Positions 48,270 to 62,052 of a DNA stretch of 64,000 bases are shown here, piece by piece. This DNA is from Isurus oxyrinchus. Taxonomy: Eukaryota. Under the pieces are notes generated by a model, which did not search any database, had not been told where the DNA came from, and worked only from the letters and a program-made list of their open reading frames with translations. Numbering within the stretch: position 1 is the first letter of the stretch; each line of letters opens with the position of its first letter. The stretch is taken from positions 9,362,001-9,426,000 of the forward strand of contig JANJGN010000033.1 of the NCBI GenBank assembly GCA_026770705.1. Reading direction: 5' to 3'. A program made the position numbers and the translations under genes.

Positions 48270-49592
48270 AGAGTTAACTGTATGCAATATCAGCAACTGC
48301 AAAAGTTGCCAGTGACAGCTCCATGACACCAATGGGAGTGGCCAGGTAGACCCTCCGCACGGTTACACATTGACTACGTTGGACCTTTCCTGGGAACAAT
48401 GTTTCTGCTCATTGTCAATGCCCATTCAAAATGGTTGGACATATATGAGGTGAAGTCACCAACGTCGGCTGCTACAATTGAGAAACTACGTCAGAGTTTT
48501 GCCATTCACGGACCGATAACGGCACGGCATTTATGAGTGCTGAGTTTCAACATTTTATCAGCCTCAATGGTATCACTCACGTGAAAACTGCACCATATCA
48601 CCCTTCCTCAAACGGACTGGCCGAAAGGGCGGTTCAAACATTCAAGACAGGCATGAAAAGGTTAACTGGAGATTCCTTGACAGCCAAGCTAGCACATTTT
48701 CTTTCTCATTTTGGACCACCGCTCACACAACAACAGGTGTCACACATGTGGAGTTACTGTTGAAACGCTGTCTCAGGACGAGATTGAGCTTAATAATGCC
48801 GAATTTGGAGGGGAAGTTGGAAAGGAGTCTGGGGAGCCAGAAAACTAGGCATGACTGGCATAGTCGCAAGAGGAAATTTACCATGGGAGAGCGGGTATAC
48901 GTGAAAAATATGTGGTTACCGGGTGAAATAAGTGCGGTGACTGGACCCCTAACTTACCATGTGGAGGTGGAAGGCCAGATCATTCGTAAACATGTGGACC
49001 ATTTAAGGAAAAAAGAGACAAAATCACCAAGATTTGGTTCCACCGGTGACAATGACCAGGTCTGCGTTTCCTGTCGAGGATACTCAGCCCAGGACTGACT
49101 TGTCTGATGTTCCTGTAAGAGTTGAGGATACAGAACTGCAAGTGCTCACCGAAGCACCAGATGTTCAGGCAACTCTGGAAAAGGAGGTTCCTGAGAAAGA
49201 ATCTGGAGCTGTGACATTCCACACGGACCAGGAAACCACCTGAAAGACTAAACTTGTAAGTTCCTTACCCAGTGTAAATATTGTATTGTTTTGAAAAAAT
49301 ATGTACTTGTAAATAGCCGAGCTAAAGGAGGAGGAATGTAGTAATTATGGTTTTATTTAGTGTGTAATGTACCTTTAAGGATAAGACGGGTTCAGGAAAA
49401 TCACATAACCTGTAGTAACCAATAGCAGAGTAGCGCGGGCTACCTCAGCAGTCAGTGTAGAGATAGAGTTGGAGTTGAAAGCACACACGTAGTTGCTGCT
49501 GAGTATGTTGTAAATAACCTTAATGTATTCACCCAAGAAGTGCCTGCAGATCAACTCTATCACTAATAGTGCAACTTGGCCTTCCTACAACA
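48270..49592 (+). mobile_element. Gypsy-type integrase remnant, polypurine tract and 3' LTR (49337-49592)
   Basis: WEWPGRP…[43 protein letters not shown] aaaggaggaggaa lies immediately before a TG…CA-bounded 256-bp segment. Confidence 0.85.
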
Positions 49593-52325
49593 GCCACCTT
49601 CAAAAAAAGAATTGGTTCGGGCACAGTCAAGGTATATTCCATTGAAAGGGAAAGGTAGGGCAAACAAACTCAGAGCTCCCTGGATGAGAAAGGGGGATAG
49701 AAATTAAGATAAATAAGAAAAAGGCGTGCTAATGGTGTCAGATAGAAGATACAATTGAGAACCTGGAGGAACACAGAAGGTCCAGAGAGGTGAAAAAGCG
49801 TATTAGAGAAGTAGAGAGGGATTATGAGAAAAGACTGGCAGCCAACATAAAGGGGAATCCCAAAGTCTTTTGTAGGCATATAAATAATAAAAGGGTGGTT
49901 AAAGGAGTAGGGCCGATTAGGGACCTAAAAGGGAACTTACACATGGACGAAGGGGCCATGGCTGAGTTATTAAATGAATACTTTGCATCCACCTTTATCA
50001 AGGAGGTAGATGCTACCCAGGCCATAGTGACAGATGAGGAAACTCTGTCACTAGAAGGGTTCAAAATTGATAAGAAGGAAGTGTTGAATAGACTATCAGT
50101 GTTTAAAGTTGACAAGACACTGGGACTGGATGAGATGCATCCAAAGTTATTGAAGGAAGTGAGAGTGGAAATTGCAGGGGCACTGGCCATAATCTTTCAG
50201 TCTTCCCTAGACTCAGGGGAAGTGCCAGAGGACTGGAGAGCTGCAAACATTACACCTTCATTCAAAAAAGGTTGTAAGGATAAGCCAAGCAATTAGAGAC
50301 CAGTCAGTTTAACTTCAGTGGTGGGCAAGATTCTAGAAAAAATGATTTGGGATAGAATTAGTGGTCACGTGGAAAAATATGCGTTGATAAGGAAGAGCCA
50401 GTATGGATTTCTAAAGGGGAAATGGTGTTTAACTAACTTGCTGGAGTTTTTTGAAGAGGTAACAGAAAAGGTCGATGAGGGTAATACTGTTGATATGGTG
50501 TAAATGGACTTTCAAAAGGCATTTGATACAGTGCCACACAACAGACTTGTGAGAATAGCTACTGCTCATGGAATAAAATAGACAGTAACAACATGGATAC
50601 AAAATTGGCTGAAAAATAGGAAGCAGAGAGTAATGGTCAATGGATATTTTTCGGGTTGGAGGAAGGTTTGTAGTTGAGTTCCCCAGGGGTCGGTGTTGGG
50701 ACTCTTGTTTTTCCTGATATATATCAATGATCTAGATCTTGGTATTCAGGGGGCATTTTCAAAGTTTGCGGATGATATGAAGCTTGGGAGTGTTGTGAAC
50801 TGCGAGCAGGACAGTGTGGAACTTCAAGAGGACCTAGACAAGTTGGTGGAGTGGGCAGAGAGGAGGCAGATGAAGTTCAATGAGGAGAAATGTGAGGTGA
50901 TTCATTTTGGAGGAAGAACATGGACAGACAATATAAAATAAGGGGTGGAGTTTTGAAGGGGGTGCAGGAGCAGAAAGACCTGGGTGTATATGTGCATAGA
51001 TCATTGAAGGTGGCAGGACAGGTGGAGAGAGCAGTTAATAGTATCCTGGGCCTTATTAATAAGGGCATAGAGTTCAAGAGCAGGGAGGTTATGCTGAATT
51101 TATGTAAGACAATCATTAGACCTCAGCTGGAGCATTGTGCACAGTTCTGGGCACCACCTCATAGGAAGGATGTGCACAGATTGGAGAGAGTGCAGAAGAG
51201 GTTTACAAGAATGGCTCCAGGAGTGAGAAACATCAGCTATGAGGATAGATAGGAGAGGTTGGAACTGTTCTCCTTGGAGAGAAGGAGGCTAAGAGGAGAT
51301 TTGATAGAGATGTTCAAAATTATGAAGGGGCTGGGCAGAGTAGATAGGGAGAAGCTGTTCCCACTCGTAAAAGGATCAAAAAAGAGAGGGCACAGATTTA
51401 AAGGGCTGAATTTTGCCATTGGCAAGCAGGGAGCAAGGTCCGCTCACCGATGTGAAAATGACATGGGATGACATGGGGGGAAACCCCTGACATCATCCTG
51501 CCCCCTTTTAAATCTTCAGGAAGGTGGGGACACAGCGAAATCAGCTGTCCGCCCGCCGACCTGTCAATGGCCAATTGAGGCTGTTGACAGGATCATTAAA
51601 ACAATTAAAGGACCTGCCTGTCCAACCTTAAGGCTGGTGGGCAGGCCAAGAGCCCTGGCTGTAAGGAGAAAAAGCATGAAACCTCATCCAACGGCGGGAT
51701 GAGGTTTCATGTAGGGATTTAAAAAGTTTATTAAAGTTTCATTGAAATTTATTAACATGTCCCAACTTGTGTGACATTGTCACATGAGGGGGACATGTTA
51801 AGGATATTTTTATTTTTCTATTTTTAAAGTTTATGCAGCGATCTCCCTGAGGCAGCACTTAGCCCCAGGGAGGCGTGCGCTCTATCGTGCGCATGCATGA
51901 AAAAGCGCACTCTCGCTTTCGGGGAATCACCCCCACCCGCACAGGAGGTGGGTCTGAATTGGCCCACCCACTTAAAATGGCGGCGGGGCCCGCTTATCCG
52001 GCAGGGATTGGCTGCCCACCCGCCGGACATTGGGTTGGGCCCACCCAGTAGGCAGAAAATTCTGCCCAAAGTGATTTGCAAATGAAACAAGTGTGACCTG
52101 AGAAAAAGCTTTTTCACACAGCGAGTGGTTCGGGTCTGGAATGCACTGCCTGGGAGTGTGGTGGAGGCAGGTTCAATCGAGGCATTCGAGAGGGCTTTAG
52201 ATGATTATTCGAATAGAAACAATGTGCAGGGGAAAAGGCAGGAGATTGGCACTCGGTTATAATGTGCTTTTGCAGAGAGGGTGCAGACATGATGGACTGA
52301 ATGGCCTCCTACTGTGCCATTAAAA
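49593..52325 (+). mobile_element. CR1-type LINE, 5'-truncated decayed ORF2 (reverse transcriptase)
   Basis: PEDWRAANITPSFKKG, QYGFLKGKWCLTNLLEFFEEVT, FLIYINDLD, SKFADDMKL, RPQLEHCAQFWAP, LERRRLRGDLIE; multiple stops; CR1-like tail gaatggcctcct. Confidence 0.92.
51403..52067. mobile_element. Non-autonomous Harbinger-type MITE inserted in a CR1 LINE
   Basis: Termini gggctgaattttgcc … ggcagaaaattctgccc with a 3-bp duplication (aaa) on both sides; the LINE sequence resumes after it. Confidence 0.8.
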
Positions 52326-52363
52326 ATCTGAGATAACCGGGTGTGAATAATAAACTGAAATCT

Positions 52364-54066
52364 AATGTCAGGGTTCGGGGGTTTATATATAGAATAACAG
52401 TTTTACAGAGTTACAGACTGGAATCTAATCTCAGGGTTCGTGTGGTTTATATACAGAATAACAGAAATACAGAGTTACAGACTGGAATCTAATCTCAGGG
52501 TTCGTGTGGTTTATCTATAGAATTACAAATTTACAGAGTTACAGACTGGAATCTAATCTCAGGGTTCGTGTGGTTTATATACAGAATAACAAATTTACAG
52601 AGTTACAGACTGGAATCTAATCTCAGGGTTTGTGTGGTTTATATATAGAATAACAGATTAACAAAGTTACAGACTGGAATCTAATCTCAGGGTTCGTGTG
52701 GTTTATATACAGAATAACAGAAATACAGAGTTACAGACTGGAATCTAATCTCAGGATTCATGTGGTTTATATATAGAATAACAGATTTACAGAGTTACAG
52801 ACTGGAATCTAATCTCAGGGTTCGTGTGGTTTATATATAGAATAACAGATTTACAAAGTTACAGACTGGAATCTAATCTCAGGGTTCGTGTGGTTTACAT
52901 ACAGAATAACAGAGTTAAAGAGTTACAAACTGAAATCTAATCTCAGTGTTCGTGTGGTTTATATATATAATAACAGATTTACAGAGTTACAGACTGAAAT
53001 CTAATCTCAGGGTCCGTGTGGTTTATATATAGAATAATAGAGTTACAGAGTTACAGACTGGAATCTAATCTCAGGGTTCGTGTGGTTTATGTATAGAATA
53101 ATAGAGTTACAGACTGGAATCTACTCTCAGGGTTCATGTGGTTTATATACAGAATAACAAATTTACAGAGTTACAGACTGAAATCTAATCTCAGTGTTCG
53201 TGTGGCTTATATATAGAATAACAGATTTACAGAGTTACAGACTGGAATCTAATCTCAGGGTTCATGTGGTTTATACATAGAATAACAGATTTACAGAGTT
53301 ACAGACTGGAATCTAATCTCAGGGTTCGTGTGGTTTATATATATAATAACAAATTTACAGAGTTACAGACTGGAATCTAATCTCAGGGTTAGTGTGGTTT
53401 ATATATAGAATAACAGATTTACAGTTACAGACTGGAATCTAATCTCAGGGTTCGTGTGGTTTATATATAGAATAATAGAGTTACAGAGTTACAGACTGGA
53501 ATCTACTCTCAGGGTTCATGTGTTTTATATACAGAATAACAAATTTACAGAGTTACAGACTGAAATCTAATCTCAGGGTTAGTGTGGTTTATATATAGAA
53601 TAACAGATTTACAGAGTTAGAGTCTGGAATCTAATCTGTGTTCATGTGGCTTATATATAGAATAACAGATTTACAGAGTTACAGACTGGAATCTAATCTC
53701 AGTGTTCGTGTGGTTTATATATAGAATAACAGATTTACAGAGTTACAGACTGGAACCTAATCTCAGGGTTCGTGTGGTTTATATACAGAGTAACAGATTT
53801 ACAGAGTTACAGACTGAAATCTAATCTCAGGGTTCGTGTGGTTTATATATAGAATAACAGATTTACAGAGTTACAGACCGGAATCTAATCTCAGGGTCCG
53901 TGTGGTTTATATATAGAATAACAGATTTACAGAGTTACAGACTGGAATCTAATCTCAGGGTTCGTGTGGTTTATATATAGAATAACAGATTTACAGAGTT
54001 ACAGACCGGAATCTAATCTCAGGGTCCGTGTGGTTTATATATAGAATAACAGATTTACTGAGTTAC
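52364..54066. repeat. 64-bp minisatellite, about 26 units, upstream of V exon C
   Basis: Unit gtttatatatagaataacagatttacagagttacagactggaatctaatctcagggttcgtgtg; period 64 (52381 to 52445). Confidence 0.95.
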
Positions 54067-55084
54067 CGGCTGCACTTTCGGATTCGGAGTTTCCCTGTTC
54101 CTGAGAGCATTCCTGGAATGGTTTTCTATTGGATGAGATTTATTGGGGATTCTGAAATAACCACTTTCTGTTTCTCTCTCCCCCAGTGATGATAAATGGA
54201 GATGGTTTCACTGTGTCCCAGCCTGAGCGCCTGGAGGGTGTGGTCGGGATTTCGATCGATATCCCCTGTTCATTCACTTACCCAGAAACACACAAACCCC
54301 GCCCCCCCCCCGACTCATATTTATTGGAGAATAATGTATTCTCACGGAAAATTCATATTCAATGTCAAGGAGAGATACGTTCGCCACAATTACGAAGGTC
54401 GGATTGCATTCCTGGGATCTCCATGTGACAAGAGGACAGGGAGCATGCAAATAATTCACCTGAAACTAAGTGATTCAAGATGGCATTTCCACTGTGTCAT
54501 GACAACAGGAAATAAACCCGAGAAGTGGCACAACCTCCCTGGGAGACCCCTCACTGTGCAAAGTAAACAGTCCCCTGGACCTCTGCATTTCTCTCTCACG
54601 TCTTGATAACCACCCTCTTTCTTTATGTCTTCTTCTAGCAGGTGGCCTCGCACCTCACCGCTCCCTCATTTCCTCCAAACTTGTCACCCTCCAATATCTC
54701 TTCACTCCTCTGATCCTGACCTGGGAGCATCCCCAGCTTGACTTCCCTCCGCCATTGGCCATCAGACGCTTGGGGGGCTCTAATCTTGGGAATTCTCGGT
54801 CCAATTGCAGACAAGATTCCAAATGCAACCTGGAGCAGCGTCCAAGGATGACACAGATCACCACAGATCACCGTGATCCATTAACGAAACTCCAGACAAC
54901 GTTACCATTAGATCTGGGGGGTACCAGTAGATTACCTTTATGCATTAAAGACTCATGGATCCATCAGCTCTATAGACTTATACAATGACAGCTAAACATG
55001 AACCATATTGTAAGTAGTCATGCTTCTTTGGAGGGTGGGGGTATGTATCATTGAATAGAAAGGGAGATGTTGTAATGTGCCACT

Positions 55085-55480
55085 GAGGGAGAAAAGAAGG
55101 CTGAGGGGAGACTTGACGGAGGTATTAAAGATCCTGAGGGGTACGGACAGGGTAAATAGTGAGAACCTGCTCCCACTCAAGAGAACATCAAGAACCAGAG
55201 GGCACGGATTCAAAATAATTGGCAAAAGGAGTGAATGTGATGTGGGGAAAAGTATTTTCACCCCGAGGGTGGGTTGGGGTCTGGAGTGAACTTCCTGGGA
55301 GGGTGGTGGAGGTTCGATCGGGGTATTCAAAAGGGCATTGGATTGCTACCTGAAAAGAGAGAATGTGCATGGATACGGGGATTAGGCAGGGGAGTGGGGC
55401 TGGGTGGAATGCTTTTTTCAGAGAGCCAGTGCAGATTCGATGGGCCGAAGGGCCTCCTTTTGCACTATAAAGATTCTGTG
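55085..55480 (+). mobile_element. CR1 LINE 3' fragment in intron 2 of gene C (another at about 58070-58600)
   Basis: EKRRLRGDLTEVLKILRG…RTRGHGFK plus tail. Confidence 0.8.
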
Positions 55481-55929
55481 ATACATCACTCGAAGACAAA
55501 TGTGTCACGTGATCATACCTAGTTTCACACACACACACAGCTCTGATTTCTTGAAGATTTATACCTATGTATAACTGTACTCATGTGAATAAACGTCATA
55601 CATAAATCCACAAAATATTTCACTGATCCCTTACGAGTGATTGGTGCACTGTGTCTTGCACAGTAAATAAGCCCAGGTTTTATATCATAATTAATGACAA
55701 CACCTCTCTTCTTTAAGGTGTTCTTTAAAAAACTTCCAGGATATCCTCATTGTGAGAGGTAACCTCCATTTCCATTTTACAATTCACTTCCCATTGATTC
55801 GTTTCTGGTGTAAGTGACTCCAGACCCACTCACTACCAGATCCGAGAGCACTTGGAACTGGTCTGCGCATCAACCACAGTTAAAGGTGATCTGCCCGATG
55901 CAGCTGTCACCTTGTGACCGGGACATCGC

Positions 55930-56395
55930 CCACACTGACACCCCTGTCTCCCCAGGGTCGCCCACACTGACACTCCTGTCTCCCCCAGGGTCTCCCACAC
56001 TGACTCTCCTGTCTCCCCAGGGTCTCCCACACTGTCACTCCTGTCTCCCCCAGGGTCTCCCACACTGACTCTCCTGTCTCCCCCAGGGTCTCCCACACTG
56101 TCACACCTGTCTCCCCCAGGGTCTCCCACACTGTCACTCCTGTCTCCCCCAGGGCCTGCCACACTGACACTCCTATCTCCCCCAGGGTCTCCCACACTGA
56201 CACTCCTGTCTCCCCCAGGGTCTCCCACACTGTCACTCCTGTCTCCCCCAGGGTCTCCCACACTGACTCTCCTGTCTCCCCCAGGGTCTCCCACACTGTC
56301 ACTCCTGTCTCCCCCAGGGTCTCCCACACTGACACTCCTGTCTCCCCCAGGGTGTCCCACACTGACACTCCTGTCTCCCAGGGTTTCTGACACTG
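55930..56395. repeat. 33-bp minisatellite (inverted), about 14 units, in intron 2 of gene C
   Basis: Reverse complement of the same unit. Confidence 0.95.
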
Positions 56396-58606
56396 GGACT
56401 ATTTCCCCTGTTTCCCATCACACTCTGTTCCTGGCTTGTGTCCGTGTTCCTGTTTCCACATCATTGCTTTCCATTCCTGTATTTCACAGGACAGGGACCC
56501 ACACCCTCACCAGCCCCGTTAACCCCCTCAGTGACTGCAGCAACATCAGAGCTCACTGGGGAAGATGAAGACAAACTGGGCCAGGGTGTAATCCTGATCA
56601 TCCGGTCCGTTCTCGTTCTGGGAATGCTGGCGATTGTCTGGCTGATCTGAATTTATCTGATGAAGAGGAAGGAAATAATCAATAATCTGAGCACTCTGAC
56701 TTCATAAATATTCCCTGTTTTCTAGAGAAATGTAATCTTTGTGTTAAAAAAGATGGGACCGGACCCCTGGGCCAATCCAGTGGCCATCCCAGTATATAAT
56801 CAGGGTCTCTGTCTGACTGAGTTCCTGACCTCATTACAGCCTGGGTCCAAACATGGACAAAAGGGCTGAATTTCGGAGGTGAGGCGAGAGTGATTTCCCT
56901 TGACATCATTTGACTGAGTTTGGCATCAAATTGGAAAAATTGAAGTCGATGAGAGTCAGGGGGGGAAACTCTCCATTGGCTGGAGTCATACTAAGAACAA
57001 AGGAAGGTGGTTGTGTTTCCCAATCCTTGGGCCTCAGTACAGGAGTTCCACAGTGGGCTGTCCGAGGTTCAATCATCAGGAGTGGGGATGTTCGCTGATG
57101 ACTTTACAAAGTTCAGCACCATTCGCGACTCCTCAGGGATAGAAACAGTCCATGCCCCATTGTGGCAAGACCTGGAGAGCATTCAGGCCAGTAACATTTG
57201 TTCCACCCAAGTGCTGGACAATGACCTTCGCAAATAATGTCTAACCATCTCCCCTTGACATTCAATGGCATTACCAATGCTGAATGCAGCACTAACAACA
57301 TCCTGATCAAAGGTTGAGGGAAGAGACCAAATGAGAGATGAGTGGATCAGACTGAAATTACCCATAGGAATCTGAGACTGAGGGAAGCGGCTGTATTTAC
57401 TGGTGTATTGGGCTCTACACAAACACAGGATCACTCACCATCGCACAAAAGAGTTACATCCTTAAGATACCACAATTCAAACCCAATTTCAACTTTCTCC
57501 TATTTTTAAATAGACACTGTAGACTGTTTGCTTTGATAAAAAGTTTAAACAGGCCCTATTTGCTGAATAAATAAACACTATTTTCTGTATCTTTCTGCTG
57601 TAAAATAGTCTCTGTTTGCCGTTCAATAGATTTTTTGTGGCTATATAAACTTTGTTGATTGTAAGTCCCACCCTGCCTCCATATCATTGGCTGACACTGT
57701 GTCAATCGACATTTTGACAAAGGACATTTAGGTGAGTTGACCTCACAAATTACGGGGCTGGACATCATGACCCAGCTCAGCAGTGGAGGCCATTCAGCCC
57801 CTCCTACCTGAGCCAGTGCTAGCTCTTCATGCCCAAGCTGTTAACTGCAATTTCATTGCCCCTCATTTTCCCCGGTACCCTTCCAAACATTCCACAGCAA
57901 GAACCTACAGGGAAAGTCTCAATCACACAACTCACTGGTGACCATTTTCAGGGAGGCTAGTATAGGAAATGTAGGCCCTGGTTCAAACATGGACAAAAGA
58001 TCTAAACTCCAGAAGTGAGACGAGAGTGACTGCCCTTGACGGCAAGGCAACATTTGACCAAGTGTGGCATAAAACACTAGTTAGGCCACAACTGCAGCCC
58101 TGGTCACTGCATTATAGAAATGATGTGATTGCACTGGAGAGGGTACAGAGGAGATTTACAAGGATGTTGCTTGGACTGGAGAATTTTAGTTATGAGGAAA
58201 GGATGGGCAGGTAGGAGTTATTTTCTTTGGAACAGAGAAGGCTGAGACCTAACTGAAGTGAATAAGATGATGCGGAGTTTAGATAGAGTGGATAGGGAGA
58301 CCCTATTCCCCTTGGCTGTGTGGGACATTACCAGGGGACATAGCTTTAGGGTAAGAGGTAAGAGATTTAAAGGGGATCCGATGGGAAATTTTTTAACCCA
58401 GAAGGTGGTTGGAGATCTGGAACTCACTGTCTGAAAGGGTAGTAGAGTCAGAAACCCTCATCACACTTAGAAAGCGTTTGGATAACCGTTTGTAGGGCCC
58501 TAACTTATAAGGTCACAGACCAAGAGACGGAAAGCAGGATAAGGCTGGATGGCTATTTGTCAGTCAGCACATACACGATGGGCTGAATGGCCTGGCTTCC
58601 TTACAT

Positions 58607-59512
58607 TGTTGTGGCACAGTGGATGGGAAATGCCAAGCTGCTCAAATCCCAGAGGGAAACTTGAAACAGTTGCCACAACTGTTTTGCAATTTGCATTTTA
58701 TTTCGAGATGCATGCCTTGAATTCAATAGTAATAAGTTCACCGAGGCATAGAGGTTTTTTTTACAAAACTAAATTAAACATTTATTAATACAAGATTTTA
58801 AGCACAAACATAGGTCTACAAATTGCTACTATAATAATTCCTACTCCTCTAATTAATCTGACTCCCAGTTACACCTCCGTTAAGGCAACAGCAAAAAACA
58901 AATACATTTCAACAGAACTAGGCAAAGCACACAGTACCCTGGACAGTGATATTCAAAATGAGTTTTCTTAGCTTTGGGACCTGTAGGCAGCAACCTGATA
59001 TTCAGAGGCTGGAGGCTTTTCACACTTGTGTTAGATCTTAGAATGCCTTCCCCCTTACACATAACCTCATCTCCTTTATGCATATTTCTCCCTTTATAAT
59101 CTAAATTCCATTCTTCCAATATGTCTTTGCAACTTCATTTTTCTCTTATTATAAATCTTTCATAGTACTCATATTATCAGTAACCTTTGGGAAAAATAAA
59201 CACACTGTTTGGCTTAGGTTCTTTTAGCTAGGTATAACATCCTACTATCTCTTTGAAATTCAAACTACTCTTTTTATTGAAAAATATGAATGTTCCTCAC
59301 ATCTCACATTCTAAAACTTCAGCCATCTTTATATATTTAGCATTTCAAACCTAATTTCCCTTTTGATAATTCAAAGCCTCCAGACCAGCTATCTCCAATT
59401 CAACTAAGTCCCTCACACACATCCACAGAGAGAAACTAATCCGAACCCCACTATTAACCTACCTTTACAATAAATCACAATAATATTATGAAAATTATTA
59501 TATTTTCATGGC
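58607..59512. mobile_element. Solo-LTR-like element related to 43024-44889, inserted in a CR1 tail
   Basis: Similar start (caaatcc…gaaacttg…cacaac…ttgcaatt) and end (cacaataatatta…catg); boundaries approximate. Confidence 0.45.
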
Positions 59513-62052
59513 GCCATGCTGTAAATTTTTATGATCATCAGGGTTCAAGGAAAGCGAGAGCAGATTTAAAGACCATAAGTGCATTAAAGAAAGCTTTATT
59601 CTGCCAGAGATATAGCAGTCAGCAGCCGAGACACATGAGTTAGTAATAAGATATTGAAGAGATTGTTAAAGAGAGTTCATTCTTGAAGTACATGCAAGTA
59701 CCATGTAAACAGACAGTAAGATCACCAGGTAGTGCAATCAGTCCAAGCATGGCTGCCTGAAAGGATCCTATCCCGGTCTCGGCCCCTTTTTCAACAGCCC
59801 TTAAGGTCCACAATCGAGCATTTCTCTCTGGGGTGAGGCTCAGCCTCCGAATCCATCTCCCCTCACTCAACACTCCATTGAAGCTGCTTCAGGCTTTGCA
59901 TGGCTTCTCCCAGGCAGAGTCGGAGCTGGACCTTGGCTGCTGAGGACCAGGGTGAGCGTCCAGCTCTGGGTTTCGGTACTCAGTTGGTCAAAAACCAGGG
60001 CGTGGGGGGTGGGGGGAGGGGGGGGCGCGGGGAATGGGGTGCGTATTGCAACCACCAAGCAGGGCTACACTAAGCATTGAGGATCACGGAGAGAGGCAGG
60101 TTGGTAGCATGATCAGGAACATTGGTGTAAGGGCATTGACAGAGAAATTAGGCATCAACAGGGGTACTCAACATGGGCGTTGACTACCACAAGGGCAATG
60201 GACAGCCTTGTGGAAGGACAGGGGCATTAGCATTGGCCTATCAACAGTAATACAAGCCACATGAATTTATACGTCAATGGAGGGATAGACATTACCATGG
60301 CACAGGCATTATTAGCAGCAACAGTATCATGGGCATCACTGAGATATGGGCATTAACAGGAACACTGGCACCATTGTGGGCATTGGTGTTGATATAGACA
60401 TTAACAGGGTCAAAAGTCCGGAAGGGGCATCAACAGCCAAGAGAATGGGGGCAGCAATGGATCCCATACCCTTCCCAGAATTTCCATCGACCACAAGTAC
60501 CCTCAGGGTTAGCATGACCTGACACAAAAAGCGTGGTATGAGTCTAGTTTACCAGACGATCAGGGAAGGGGGTATGTCAGCCCGCAAAGGCCATCCATCT
60601 GTCGCAAAACTCGGTACAGTCAAGCACAAAGTCCCCCAATCGCTGCCTGGGAGCGACAAACATTACCTGCCCGTCGGCAGAGCTCAAGGGGGTAAGGTTC
60701 CCAATGTGAGCTGCGTCTTGCCCGCTTAACGAAGAGATGGTTATCTGTCTACCGTGATATCCCCCAATGCTCAGCACTCGACAGGATAAAACAAAACTAA
60801 GGCAGGAAATGGGGCGAGGAATGGCTGCTTCCTTAATTGCCCCGGGGCCCGTCACACACTCTGGAGCACCTTCCGAGGTTTTTTATAAAAAGACATTATT
60901 CCTTCGGGGGGGGGGATGTGGGCGTCGCTGGGCCGGGCCCAGCCTTTGCTGCCCGTCCCTAATTGCCCCTCGAGAAGGCGGTGGTGAGCCGCCTTCTTGA
61001 AGCGCTGCACTCCCATGTGGCGCAGGGACACCCGGTGTTGAGGCTTCAGATACCTTTCACGTTTGGACATGGTTACCTTCCCCCCCACCCACCCCCCGCC
61101 ACCTCCCCACTCCCACCGAAGCATCGTGGGCTCCACTTGCCACCAATCGCCAGCCTGGAGCACACACCCCCCCACCCCGCCCCCCCAACCCCCTGACTGA
61201 ACAGGTAGTTGGGGCCTCTGACCCTGAGGTTTCCTTCAGACTCGTGAGGCCCGGAGAGGGGAGAGGGAGCCGCCGGCGTTAGGCCCCAGTATTTCGCACC
61301 CCATTTAAGGCCTTGTCGTCAAGGCGACGCTCCTCACACGCCAATTTCACACCACAGGCTCATTTGAAGAGAAACCCTGTATTTTGTCAGGAGAAGGTGG
61401 GAATTCCCTACAAATCAGGGCCATTTGGACTTCTGTACTTACAGACTCGGTATCGGACGGAGGTGGGTGAGTGACTACTGACACTGTACGGTGTAGGGTT
61501 TCGGGGGGGTTTTAGGTTCGGGGTTGCTAGGAAGGATGACGGGTCAGTGGTAATAAACTATCAATCAATATTTGCGGCTAGGGGTTGGAGGTAAATGGTT
61601 AGAGGTCAGGGTTACTGGTTAGAGGTTAGGATTAGTGGTTAGGTTAGGGTTATGGGTTCAGGTTAGTGGTTGAGGTTAATGGCGCAAGTTCGGGCCAGGA
61701 ATGAGTGGCCAGGGCTCGGGGTTAGGGTGAGGGGTTAGTGATTGGGATCAAAGGTCAGTGGGTTTGAGGTTAGACTCAGCTATTCAAACAGCATTGTCAA
61801 TCGCCGCCCCCATCTCCAAATTTTAAAATTACCTCGCTGTTCTTTCTAAAAAATCTCCCATGGGGATTCCGCCCCCTCCCACCCCCCCACCCCACTCCAG
61901 GGCAGGTCAATGGCGTTGAGGCTCGGTAGAGATCCGAGCTGATGAAGGAGAAACCTGGCCTGTGACAGGGTCCACTCACTTAGTGCCATTGGGAGCCTGT
62001 TTGGAGCCAATGCGCAGGCAGGCTGGTCAAGTATCACACCTTTTGCAGGCCC

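Larger units (their letters stand above)
54187..56650 (+). pseudogene. Gene C: PILR-like receptor pseudogene (V exon 54187-54562; TM exon from 56490)
   Basis: The V exon is 376 nt with a frameshift in the C-run at about 54297-54311; its two halves fall in ORFs 54186..54428 and 54196..54606. The F strand reads WHFHCVMT. The TM exon has TGA at 56648-56650 where paralogues have GGA. No plus-strand leader exon was found upstream. Confidence 0.85.

Noticed and set aside
61391-61466. Possible 76-nt plus-strand exon (tttgtcag…G|gtgagt) as a cytoplasmic exon of gene C
   Set aside because: It is open in all frames but shows no recognisable ITIM/ITAM or homology, has a weak pyrimidine tract, and has no counterpart downstream of genes A or B.
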